A stretch of 59,428 bases of DNA from the NCBI GenBank assembly GCA_001275005.1, contig JWZX01003409.1, positions 62,001-121,428 of the forward strand. The letters are read 5' to 3'. The notes under the pieces were generated by a model. The model saw nothing but the letters and a program-made list of their open reading frames with translations. It ran no database searches and was not told the origin of the DNA. Below are positions 1 through 10,969 of this stretch, one piece after another. Within the stretch, counting starts at the first letter, position 1; each line of letters begins with the position of its first letter. Origin of the DNA: Chrysochromulina tobinii. Lineage: Eukaryota. Made by a program: the position numbers and the translations under genes.

Positions 1-305
1 TCGGTCGTGGCCGCTGCGTGCTCGCGATCGTCGTCTGAGCTGGTCACCGTCGCCAGGAGCATGAGCGATACCTGATAAATGACTGGTGTGGAGTGCGCGG
101 CTAGCTGGCAAATTCGTTCCATGGCACCACTATTACGCATGGTACTGCAAAGTGAAATGAGCTCAGAGCGTTCCTCCGTCGAATCAACCACTTGTGCGAG
201 TTGGATCAGGGCCTCCAAGGCCGCCTCGTCGGTTGTTGCGACAGTCAGCGCATTACAGAAGGCGTCAAAGGATGCTCCGAGCGACGCGCCAAAAGATTCT
301 GACAT
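1..305 (-). CDS. 5' part of an alpha-helical (ARM/HEAT-like) protein, runs off the window start
   Basis: Manual translation from ATG at 305 is open to position 1 (MSESFGASLGASFDAFCNALTVATTDEAALEALIQLAQVV...GAMERICQLAAHSTPVIYQVSLMLLATVT). The amphipathic helical pattern suggests ARM, but this is a weak inference. Confidence 0.45.
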   Translation of the reverse strand, partial: MSESFGASLGASFDAFCNALTVATTDEAALEALIQLAQVVDSTEERSELISLCSTMRNSGAMERICQLAAHSTPVIYQVSLMLLATVTSSDDDREHAAATT

Positions 306-735
306 CGAAAGAGGGCGAGGCGCCAGGCTCCAGCTGAGATCAGCTGGTGCGTTGTGCAGTGGGCCTTCGTTGGTACTTGTCGTGAACTGCTTTTCCTGTT
401 CCGGGTGCCTACGGGTGCATGCATTCGCCCCAAAAGTACGGACCACCTTGGCCCTTGCACGGGGCACCTCTCCATAAGTTCGCCATCACACGCCATTTCA
501 TGTATGAACCATGGGCGTTGGGCAATTGACCATTGTTAGAGACATGACACATGTAAGTGACTGATTTGATACGATAGAGAATATGCGCTCACTGGACACA
601 GACCAGCATAATTATCCGAAGCATGCTCAGTATACAGATGCGCGCGTCCACCGAGCACTTTCTCGAGTGTCGTCACTGCACTCTGTGCAAGGCGCGCCTG
701 GGCGCGCCACTCGTGACCGCCTCTGGCGAGCCCCC

Positions 736-2457
736 TCACTCGAGGTGAACAGGCGTGCTGAACGTGCGGCCGGCGACGCGATCGGCGAGGCCCTCGCCCT
801 GGTAGCTCGCCATGGGGGAGAGCTCCACGATTGCATCGCCGCGGATCGCGCCGCCCGCCGCGAGGATCCGGCGCTTGCTCAGCGCCGAGACGAGCGCGCG
901 CGCCGTGTCGGGCGAGTCGCTCTTGGCGCCGGGCTCGTTTTTGACGGGCGCGAACTCTTCGTCACGCGCCACCTGCAGCGCGGCCATCTGCTTGGCAAAG
1001 GGGAACGTGTCGAAGATGAAGAGCTCGAGCTTGATGCCGTTGTTGCTCGTGGGCGTGCGCCGCGTGCCGCTCGCGTCCGTGTACGGGATCTTCTTGTGCG
1101 CGACGTGCAACGGCAGCTGGATCCCAAACGGGCCCAGACGCGCGCAGAACGACTTGAGGAAGGGCACCGAGAAGAAGTTGACGCAGATGTGCGCGTCGCC
1201 GAAGAGCAGCCGGCCGTGCGCGTCCTTCGCCTCGGCCATCTCCCTGGAGATCTCGCTGTACTCGACGACGGCGGGCCGGCCGCCCGCGAGCGCGACGACA
1301 CCTACAGGCTCGTGCGCGTCGCGCTTGGGCACCGTCTTCGAGGCACAGTCCGCGTGGCGCGCAGAGCAGAAGCCCACAAAGGTTGGGTCCGCCACGTGGC
1401 ATAGGACGTTGTCGACGCCGAATTGGAAGATCGAGGTGACGCCGCTCGCGTCGAGCTGCTCGAGGAGCCGAGCATGCATTGGGATCAGGGTCAGGGACAG
1501 GGTGCAATCAGAGGTCATTAGCATGCGAGCATGCATTGGGATCAGGGTCAGGGACGGGGTGCAATCAGAGCTCATCAGCATGCGAGCATGCATTGGGATC
1601 AGGGTCAGGGACGGGGTGCAATCAGAGCTCATCAGCATGCGAGCATGCATTGGGATCAGGGTCAGGGACGGGGTGCAATCAGAGCTCATCAGCATGCAAT
1701 CCACACCTGCTCAAGGAGCCCGGAGTCGCGCAGCGAGACGTAGCAGCCGCCATTGCCGTTGGGCGCCATCGCGAGCAGCCCCGGCGCGTCCAAGATCAGC
1801 TTGCCTTCTGGTGTCAGGCATGGCAGCGCGCCCTGAGCGAAGAAGTGCACTTGATCCTCGGGCAGCCCGAAGAAGGCATGCTGGCGGAAGAAGGCGCGCG
1901 TATCGCTGTCGGTCGCGTCCGAGGTCATGATCAAAAAGGGCAGGCGCACGTCCGCCTCCCTCTTACCGGCGTGCGCGGCCGCGAGCTGCTTCACCTTGCG
2001 GATGCGCTCCGCATGGTACTGGAAGAGGCTCTTCCCCGATGGCAGCCCGATGTCGTAGCAGCCCTTGGGTATTTTGATGCCGAGGCGCGTGCCCTGCCCG
2101 CCGGCGAGCAGCAGCGCGGCAACTTCGCTGCGCGCGATCATGCTCAGCCCACGCTCGCGCAGCGCCACCGCCTCCGCCTCGGGCAGGTCGGCGAGCCGCT
2201 CCGCCTTGAAGGGCTCCACCTGTTTGTCGGCCACCGTCTGGGCATTCTCGAGGGAGGTCGCGAGCAGCTTCGGCAGGCCCCTCGAGGTCGAGCGAGCTCA
2301 GCTGGGTCAGGAAGGCCGCGCGGCGCTCGGGCGGTGGCGTTGGCATCAACACGTGCAGCTGGCCGGCGCGCTCGAGCCTTCGCTCCATATCGCGCCACAC
2401 CTCCGGAGTGTTGGCGGCCTCAGCGGAGGTACTGCCACCGCCGGCGTTGGTGACCAT
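736..2457 (-). CDS. UAP1: UDP-N-acetylglucosamine pyrophosphorylase; exons 2457-1707 and 1455-736; one apparent +1 frameshift at about 2277
   Basis: Motifs LLAGGQGTRLG, PKG, GKSLFQ, FFAQGALP, APNGNGG, GVDN, EPVGV, VVEYSE, KLELFIFD and EEFAPVKN. A GT-AG intron at 1706-1456 restores LLEQ|LDASG. Confidence 0.93.
1456..1706 (-). mobile_element. Introner-like intron (251 nt) containing 4 x 57-bp tandem repeat
   Basis: Donor CAG|GTGTGGATTGCATGC. The intron 3' end GGCTCCTCGAGCAG copies the upstream exon end GGCTCCTTGAGCAG. The repeat units carry TGATGAGCTCTGATTGC and TGCATGC motifs shared with other introns. Confidence 0.8.
1471..1698. repeat. Tandem repeat, 4 x 57 bp
   Basis: Unit agcatgcattgggatcagggtcagggacggggtgcaatcagagctcatcagcatgcg starts at 1471, 1528, 1585 and 1642. 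There are no spacers. Confidence 0.95.
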
Positions 2458-3172
2458 GGCGCGCAGCCACCTGGGAGGTGGCAGCGCGTCGCACGTGAGC
2501 AGCCGGTACCCTTGGAGGAGGCACGGCAACATGTACGGGTGACGCGCGAGTCGGAAAATCGGAGTGCCGATGGGACACACAAGCGTAAAGAGATGACGTG
2601 GCAGAACTTCAAGTACTTCGAACCCACACACAGCAAGCACAAGCATCACTACTTGTGTTGTTTCGACTAATTAGCTTGTTTGCTTGCTTACCCACATCGA
2701 AGTTATCAAACCCAAGATCGAACCTACCTCAAGTCCTCGTCGACGACTCTCAAAACAATGCGAGGTAGCGAGGATGCGACCAAATTTGGATGCGACAAGT
2801 ATCCGGTAACGGCCATTGACACAGTGATTCAGTGTGACACACCACTGAATAAACTCCGTGGACGCGTGAGAGAGTCTGGTGATCCGTGTGTCGAAAACGT
2901 CAAGACAGAACGCGCAGTGGCAACACGCACCGTCCACCGACACCGTGAAGTCTGAACATCACACAGGTCACAGCAAGGCGCGCGCGTCCGGTCGCCCCCG
3001 GCCTCGCACACAGAAAGCGACAACCACTATACGGACACAAACTCGAAACTGTGCTGAGTGGCTCTCTGCCTTCGCAACCAACGTGCCCTGTCTAATCCTG
3101 CGCCTTGGCATGCAGCACAGGACGAGGGACTGCTGAAATCAGATGGCGACACCCGGTTGCCGTCACCCGGCC

Positions 3173-3850
3173 TCACCTGCTTTGCAAGCAAGCTTCAATG
3201 AGCAGATCAAGCACATCATCAGGAAACTTCATGCTGTATTTGTTCAGCCACAGCAGCTGCACGACAAATCGCTGGGTGGTGGCGTTGAACATCAGATGAT
3301 CTTTGCGAGACCACTTGACCATATCCCAGACTTTGATCGTCTTGTCCCACGATCCCGACACAATCTTGGTCCCGTCGGGTGAAAACGCGACCGAGTAAAC
3401 TGTGCCGCTGTGGGCGTTCGTCTTCTCGCTCAACAGCTCCAGTTTGTCTGCCAGGCAAGCCAACAGGCGTCAGTTTTGGCCAAGGAGGGGCGATTCGTGG
3501 GCTCGCGGCACACCCGAATCCCAAACTTTGATCGTCTGGTCGCCCGATCCGGACACGATCTTGGTGCCATCCGGGGAAAACGCCACCGAGGGGATGTTGA
3601 AGCTGTGCGCGTTCGGCTTCTCGCTCAACAGTCCCAGCGCATCTGCCGGACAAGCCAGCACAGGCGTCAGTTTTGGCCAAGGAGGGGCGATTTTGAGGGC
3701 TCCGGCACACCCGAATCCCAGACTTTGAACGTCCCGTCTTCCGATCCCGACACGATCTTGGTCCCGTCCGGGGAAAACGCCACCGACAGGACCGAGCCGC
3801 TGTGGGCGCTGGCCTTCTCAGCTACACGGTTGATGAGCGTCGCGATCATC
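3173..3850 (-). CDS. WD40-repeat protein (3 near-identical repeats); exons 3850-3711, 3642-3514, 3447-3173; possible further upstream exon
   Basis: Three copies of [31 protein letters not shown]. Phase-1 GT-AG introns lie at 3710-3643 and 3513-3448. A pyrimidine-rich acceptor precedes 3850. Confidence 0.85.
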
Positions 3851-4419
3851 CTGCGAACAAGAGAGAAGAAGAGAGTCTTAGACTGCATGCGTGCATTCGG
3901 CAGCATGGAGATATGAGACTCTCTTGACAGCGGAAAGGCACGCGGAAAAAAACCACAGTCGTGAGAGAGAAAGAGGGAGACGCATGTGTGCTCCCTCCGG
4001 AGATGCAGGAGTGCCCGCGGGGCACCATGGAAGAAAGCTCCTGAGCGGACTCGATCGATTCCGTGCGCGAAGGCGGTGCGCGGTGCGCGTGCAGCGATGC
4101 AGCGATGCAGCGAGCGCTTGACGCACGTTGAGCACGAGGAGCGACGGAGCGCGACGATAAACAGGCACAGGAATCCGATTGTGGCACACGCTTCTCGTTC
4201 TTCTCGTGAAGGCAAAGTGCCAATTTCGTCAAAACCAAGTTCGACAAAAATTGACACATTATCCTGATGCTTGACAAGCCAGAAGTTCGGACTAATTTAG
4301 CCTATTAACAGCCAATTCACAGAACGGAGTAGCGTTCGCTCGCACTCGCGCCGCCCGCCCCCGCGCAGCGGCGCGCCGTGGGAGTCCGCGCACATTTGAC
4401 AGTATCAATCGACACAGAC

Positions 4420-7382
4420 ATGCCGGCTACTTTCAAGCAAATCCAGGAGCTGCAGGCGCTGTCGGGGCGCAACCTGAAAGACTGCAAGGAGGCGCTCAAC
4501 AATCACGACTGCGACATCAAGGCCGCGTTGCACGCGTTGAACTCCGGCAGCAACCCCGATGCGGCGGCGGCGGCACCCGAGAGTGCTGAGAGTGCTCCTG
4601 CGAGTGCATCGGACAGTGCTGCAAACGAAGCGAAGGCAGCGTCAGAGAAGGCAGCCGCGGAGGCCGCTGCAGCTGAAAAGGCGGCAGCAGACGAGGCGGC
4701 CGCAGAGCAGGCAGCGGCGGAGAAGGTGGCTGCGGAGGCTGCAGAGAAGGCGGCAGCCGAGAAGGCGGAGGCGGAGAAGGCGGAGGCGGAGAAGGCGGAG
4801 GCAGAGAGGGCGGCGGCTGAGGAGGCAGCGGCCGAGGCGGCAGCGACTGAAAAAGCAGCAGCTGAGGCGGCGGCGGCCGAGAAGGCGGCGGCAGAGGCGG
4901 CTGCTGGCGAGGCGGCCGAGGCGGCGGCAAAGGCGGCGGCCGAGAAGGCGGCTGCTGAGAAGGCGGCGGCCGAGGCGGCGGCGGCCGAGGCGGCGGCGGC
5001 TGAGAAGGCGGCGGCCGAGGCGGCGGCGGCCGAGAAGGCAGCGGCTGAGGCGGCGGCGGCCGAGAAGGCGGCGGCCGAGAAGGCGGCGGCCGAGAAGGCG
5101 GCGGCTGAGAAGGCAGCGGCTGACAAGGCAGCCGAGGAGGAGCTCGCTCGTACGCTGAGTGTCGACTCACTCGCGGCGCGGGCGGCGGCTGAGAAGGTCA
5201 GACAGGATGCGGAGGCGCGTGCGGCCAAAGCGGCGGCGCGCTCGCCCCCGTCCGCCCCGTCGCCGCCGTCGGCCGCGTCGGCCGCCCCCCCTGTTGACCT
5301 CTCCGCGGAGCATGCTCGCATCCGAGGGCTGGCGGACGAGGCCGAGGCGGAGGCGGCGGCGCGCGCGGCCGCGGACGCCGCAGACGCCGCCGACGAGGCA
5401 GCTATCGGCTCATTGCTGATCCCCGCTCTGTCGACAGCCCGGCCCTCCAGCGCCCCCGCCGCTGTCGGTTCGACCCCCGCGGCAGCGGCGGCGGCGCGCT
5501 TGCCCGACGTGCCCAAGACGGCGCCCGACGTGCGCTGGCCGGCGGCGTCGCTCCTCAACCCGAGTCAGGATGCGGGCTTCGAGGTGGCCCTCAGCGATCT
5601 CGAGCCCTCCGAGATTCGTCAACTGCTCAGCCAGGATGGCGTGTCGTACACGGCGGACGACGAGGGCGATCTGACGCCCTTGGCGGTCGAGCTGCGTGCG
5701 CGCCATGCCGAGAGCGTCGCTGCGTGGCTGGCTGAGCGCCCAGGGAAGCACGCGCAGCCGCCCACGCCCTCGCTCGCCACGTCCTTGTGCCGCGTGGGCA
5801 CACCGGTCGCGCACCGCTGGACGCTCTGGCAGCGCGCCCTCGGCATCCACGTGATGCCGAGGCTCAAGCAGCAGGCGCCGCAGCTGCGCGCACTGCTCAG
5901 CACGGCGCTGCCCAATCAGGCAGAGCTCGAGGCGGACGCACAGGCGGCCCTGCTAGGCGCGCTCGGCGAGCGGGTGAGCGCGCTGCCCGACGGCGCGCTC
6001 GCGCTCCTGTGCCAGGAGTTCGCCTTCCACTTACTCGTGCTGCTCAAAAAGGCGCGCCTGCCTTATTCGGCCGATTTGGCGATCGCTCCGTTGCTCGCGC
6101 CCGTGCTGCTGCTTGCGGTGTTGCATGCGGGCGACCCGGCCGACGGCGCCCTCGGCCGCATGCAACTCGCCCTTCACCGAGCGGAGACGCTCAACGCCAT
6201 GTCGGCCGTGCTCGCCAAGTTGACCCCCGCGGTGATCGCAGGCGCTCCCTGGGGACTCGGGCCGACGGGCGCGCCCGCGACGGCGCCCAATGAGACGCTC
6301 CTGAGCCACGTGATGCTCTTCCTTCGATGGGAGTCTCCCGCGCTCGCTGAGCACCTACACGCGGCGCCTGGGATCTTGAAGGCACTCTCCCGCCTGATGC
6401 TTGGGCTGCTGGCGCCCGCGGCGGCGCCCGCGGCGGTCGTGCGCTTCATCGAGCTTGCGCTGTGGGAGTCTCCGACCGTGCCCAAAAGCCAGCCTGTCCT
6501 GCTGCTGTGCGCGCTGCTGCTGCGGGAGGAGACGCGCCTCCTCGGCGTGCCTGCGAGCAGCCTCGCGGGCACGCTCAGTGCCCAGCTGAGCGTGCCGAGC
6601 GTCGTGGAGGCCGATCGATTGCATGCTGCGGCCGCCGTGCTCAATACGACGCTACCCGTGACGCTGCGCGCCGCGCTCGACGCGGCTTGGTGTGCGGCTC
6701 GTCCGCCAGCGGCGTGCTTCGCGTGCGCTTGGCTCGAGCCGCCTGAGGTGCTCAGCAGCGGGGTGTGGGTGATCGACTTGAGATCGCATCGAGATTTTGA
6801 GGCAGCGCACTTTGCACTCACGTCGCACCTGCCGCCAGCCGAGGCGCGCGGGGCTGACGCGCGCGAGGCCGTGCGCCAGGAGCTCTTCGACATCTGTGCA
6901 GAGGGCGGCTTTACTCTCGCCTTCGTCACCGCCAACGACCCGAACGACGCCTCCGGCTCCAAGAGCGTCGTCGGCGCCGTCAAGAAGGGCAGCGCTCAGG
7001 GCAGCGCGGCTCCTGATGCGGAGCGGCTCACCTCCGAAGAGGTGCGCCTGCTCGTCCTCGAGATGAGGGATGATGGCCACTGATGGTGATTGATGATGTT
7101 CTGATGACCTCTGATGAGCTCCCTCATCAGGTGCGCATGGTCGTCCTCGAGTTTGTGCGCGCGGGCTTCCGCCACGTGGGCATCCTACGCGGTGGCCTCG
7201 CGGCGCTCTCCCCGGAGCAGCGCGTAGCCCTCGTGGCCTCCGACGTGCGCGGAGTGACGGTGGACGCGTCGAGCGAGCAGAACCCGAGTCGCCCGAGCAC
7301 TGCGGCGGCGCTGCGTAGTATGATGCCGCGGCTGCCCTCCCTTACGGCAAAGAAGGCCAAGGCGCCCATCCAAACGCTTTGA
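4420..7382 (+). CDS. TBC1D23-like protein (divergent TBC domain + rhodanese) with N-terminal EF-Ts-type UBA domain and Ala/Glu/Lys linker; exons 4420-7041, 7131-7382
   Basis: N-terminus [25 protein letters not shown] (EF-Ts N-domain-like). TBC-like [11 protein letters not shown] and [12 protein letters not shown]. Rhodanese [14 protein letters not shown] and [15 protein letters not shown]. Phase-0 intron at 7042-7130. Confidence 0.7.
4630..5140 (+). repeat. Coding low-complexity AAAEK / AAAE repeats
   Basis: Recurrent 15-nt units like gagaaggcggcggcc. Confidence 0.9.
7042..7130 (+). mobile_element. Introner-like intron (89 nt)
   Basis: Starts GTGCGCCTGCTCGTCCTCGAG, a copy of the downstream exon start GTGCGCATGGTCGTCCTCGAG (21 nt, 2 mismatches). 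Ends CTGATGACCTCTGATGAGCTCCCTCATCAG. Confidence 0.85.
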
Positions 7383-8491
7383 CAGGACGGAAAGCATTGG
7401 CGGCGCCCATCCAAACGCTTTTACGGGCCGAGCGCGAACCGGCACCGCGGAGAGCGCGGCGCTCATGTGGTCGGTCGCGTAACGGTCGAGCGCTCCTCGG
7501 CGTACGAATCGAACGGTGGGGTCGTCCATGTTGGTACATCTCGAGCGCCATGTCGAGCGCTCGCAGGCGCGCGAATTCCGAAGGGTGGGGTCGTCCATGT
7601 TGGTACATGTTCTCGGGTGAGCGAGCGTGCGGGCCTTAGTGTGGGCCTCCAAGATCGACGCGGCTGAGGAGAGGCGCACGAGTGGGGACTATCCCGGGCT
7701 CTGAGTGGACCTGTGGCGTACTAGGGTCTATTGGGTCGCTATAGGGTCGCAGTGACGCAGTCGGCCGGCGCATGGGATAGCCCGCATAAACCATAATGCC
7801 GCATGGAGGTTGGAGCCATGGTCCCATGGTCGATGGTGCATGACTGCATAGACCGAACAATCATGGACCGCCTGGCGTGTATTTCGCGGTTTCCGGTTTG
7901 TTACGACTTGTACGATATCCCGCCCGCGCAGCGGCGCGGCAGCCGGGTTTCCGCGTACCGCTATCGCGCGACATAACGCCGGTCACGCGTCTAGCGCGTG
8001 GGTCAAGGCCGAACCGCGCGGCGCGGTCCGCGGTCTGACCGCTCCGGCCCGGCCGAACCGAACCGCCTGCGGGAGCGAGCAGGCGCGCAGCCTCGCCCCC
8101 TCGCGCACGGTCCGCGATCCGCGCGCGCCGCCCGCCCGCGCCGCCCGCGCGCGAGACTGCGACGGAACTCGGAACTCGGAAGGGCGAGTGCCGCGCGCGG
8201 CGCGCGGCCGCGGGCGCGCCACGTCGGCAGCGGTATATTAGCCGGTGCGCGAGGCGAGGCGACGCGGGCCGCGTCGGCCGCCGTCGCGCCGTATAATCTA
8301 TAAAATCAAGAATGCTACTATAGCATGTATTTGTGACGATCGCTCGGGCGCCGTCCAGCGCGCGACTGGCAGATTGACGTTAGACCGAGCCGGTGCGCGG
8401 CGTCAGCACACAACAGCACGACCCGGATAACTGATAAGAAACTGAGTACTGGTAACATCCGCGACAGCGTGCACTCAAACAAAAGGTCAAA

Positions 8492-9329
8492 CTATGCCTG
8501 CAACAGCGCCGCCTGCGCCCTTGGCTGGTGCATCTCGAGCTGCATGGATGCCCCCTGCTTCTCGAGGTGATCGAGGAGCAGCGGCTCGAGGTCCGAGAGT
8601 GCGACGCCGCCGTGCGCCGCCTTCTCCTTGAGCGCCCCAAGGTTGACGTCGGGGAAGCCCGCCAACAAGAAGGCCTCCGCCGCGCGCCATTCGGCCGTGT
8701 TAAGTCGCATCGTCTTGTCGAGGTCAAAGTGCTGGATGAGCTGCAGCAGGACGATGCGTCGCGTGCCCGCGCAGCAGCAGTGCGTGCCGGTCATTCTCGC
8801 GCTTCTGCGCCTTGTGCAGGAGCCGGAGGCTCTCGAGCCAGTCCTCGCCCCGGTTGCCGATCATGCCGATCGTGTCCTTGAGCATTTCGAGGTCGCTTCC
8901 GAGCCGCTTGTTTGAGGCCTGCAGAGACGCGTTCTCCTTTTCGAAGCGCGAGGCTGCCGCCTCGAGCGACGTGCGAGCGCGTAGCTCGCGATTCACCATC
9001 CACATCGCTAGCGCGATGAGCGTGAGGAATAAAAGCCCGTAGCCGCACAGCCAATCCTGCCGCACGCCCCACCACCACAGGAAGAAGGCGATGGTGCTGA
9101 GTGACAATAGCAGCGTGTCGACCAGCGTGCCGTGGTCGAGCAGCCCTCCGCAGTTGACGAAATGAAAGACGCGCTTGAAGAAGCTGCCACATTGAGCAGC
9201 AAAGCAGCGGTCCCACAGCTCGGCTGCCAACGCACTTGAGCAAGTACACAGCCGGCGGGCGGATTCGCTCATGCATTCAGGGCAGCTCAGAGGGCCCGAG
9301 CGCGAATCATCGATTGGCACGGCGATCAT
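8492..9329 (-). CDS. Hypothetical protein with 2 TM helices, coiled coil and possible EF-hand-like motif; apparent +1 frameshift at 8759
   Basis: Two hydrophobic segments followed by heptads. Removing one base joins LLLRGHA to RIVLLQLIQHFDLDKTMRL and runs to the stop at 8492. Confidence 0.6.
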
Positions 9330-9502
9330 TTGCGCTGGCCAAGACAGAGCGCACTGAGCTGGCCTCTGGAAATGCTGGGAGTTGACCAAATTTTCCCGCT
9401 TCGTGTGAATGATAACCATTGACTGTGAAAATATGCCTTGGCTGTGAATAGATGCTCCAAAGAAGATAACCCATTTATTCTCTCTTGGACAGCAGACAGA
9501 AT

Positions 9503-10355
9503 TTACAAGTGGGCGTTGTTGTACAGTCGGTCGTTCAAGTGCAGGTGGGAGAGGGAGAGGGGAGAGAGGGAGACAGCCTCGGAGGTAATCTGGACAACAG
9601 GCTCCTTTGCCAAGACGAATTTGTGCGTCAGGCCGGCGAGCAAGCCGCCGAAGAACTGTGCGGGCACGTAGACCCAGATATTGCCCAGATCGCAGCCGAA
9701 GACGATTGCAGGCCCCAGAAAGCGTGCCGGGTTGAAGAAGCCGCCCGTGATCTGTCCAACTGCGCCGACGGCCACACAAATCGAGGTACCTGCGAAGTGA
9801 GGTCGAACCCCGGACCATGAAAAGGCACTCGGTGGTAAGAGCCACTCCCTGGCGTTCAGTCCGTTGCCACGTGCCGATGTACGCCGGTGCGAAGTCACCA
9901 AAGCCAGGCTTCGCGACAGCCGTGGCGCAGACCGTGGACACGAGCAAGTAGGTTCCGAGGGATTCGAGAACGAAAACAGCGCCACGTGCCTTGTTGGGCA
10001 GCGCCCGATGGCAGCCTGGCTCCGTGTTTTCGCCTCCCCAATGGCCAAAGCCGACTGGGTCCAGGTTGTCATCAAGATCCACGACTCCGGCAAGGATAGC
10101 TCCACATAAAGCGCCGAGGACCTGGACGACGCCGTAGAGCACAGCCTTCATGGGTGGCAGTGCACCTACGACGGCCAGCCCAGCCGACACGGCTGGGTTC
10201 AAGTTTCCGCCAGAGGCCTTCGCGGTGATGACGATGCAAACTGCGAGAACCAAACCATTCTCGGCAGCAACCTGCTCAGTGCCGCCAAAGATTTGAAACA
10301 AGAAGGTTCCAACGAATTCAGCGAAGAGCGCGACGGCAAGCTCACGCTTGCTCAT
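9503..10355 (-). CDS. Aquaporin / MIP channel; exons 10355-9875, 9789-9503
   Basis: AEFVGTFLF, SGGNLNPAV, a second NPA in TGGFFNPARFLGPA, and WVYVPAQFFGG. A GC-AG intron at 9874-9790 joins AYIG|TSICV. Confidence 0.92.
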
Positions 10356-10969
10356 GTTGGCTCTGCCGAGACGGCCTTCGGGCTCTAACGCGCAAGGCCT
10401 CACGAACCTCCATCGCCAATGCGGGGCCCGAAGAACGGAGGGGGGGTGCACGAGAAGGGGGAGTTCATACTCGCCGCCTAGGTTGTTCATACTCGTCGCC
10501 CAAGGCGGGTACGCAGGATTAGGTGTTGAGGAGGGGCGGGCGTGGGGCCTCCAGGTTCAGGGGTACACACCCTGGTGAAGAGTGGGAGTCAGGGCTGTCA
10601 CGAGCATAGAGCACAAGCTCACGAGAAATTGCTCACGAGACACGTGTGCGGCCGTGGACCGGAGGAGTACATCAGGAGTGAGGGGTGACCCAGGCAGTAC
10701 TTTTCGGACGTACATGTACACACAAAGATGCCCAGGCGTAATTACTTCAAGATCAAGTCAAGGTTTAACGGGTGGCGCAGTTTGAATTTCCAAACCGCAA
10801 AGTCCGGGTTAGGCATGCCAATTCCCGGTCTTCACACCTCCGGATTCGTCTCCTTTTTAATCACATCCCTCATCAAATGTCCTCGGCTGCGTGCGCAGCC
10901 CACAAAGGTCTGCAGCCGAGAAAAGGGCTCCAGGATTCCTGCAGTACGAGGGCAAGGTCTGAAAGCTGA

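Noticed and set aside
1471..1698. CRISPR-like array or 19-aa coding repeat (MLMSSDCTPSLTLIPMHAR)
   Set aside because: There are no unique spacers or cas genes, and the repeat lies inside the UAP1 intron.
7071..7130. Box C/D snoRNA reading of TGATGA/CTGA motifs in introns
   Set aside because: The spacing is too short and iterated, and no guide sequence is identifiable. The repeat-module explanation is simpler.
8724..10490. 588-aa ORF as an aquaporin fusion
   Set aside because: It reads through the aquaporin intron out of frame and by chance into the next gene. Two separate genes fit better.
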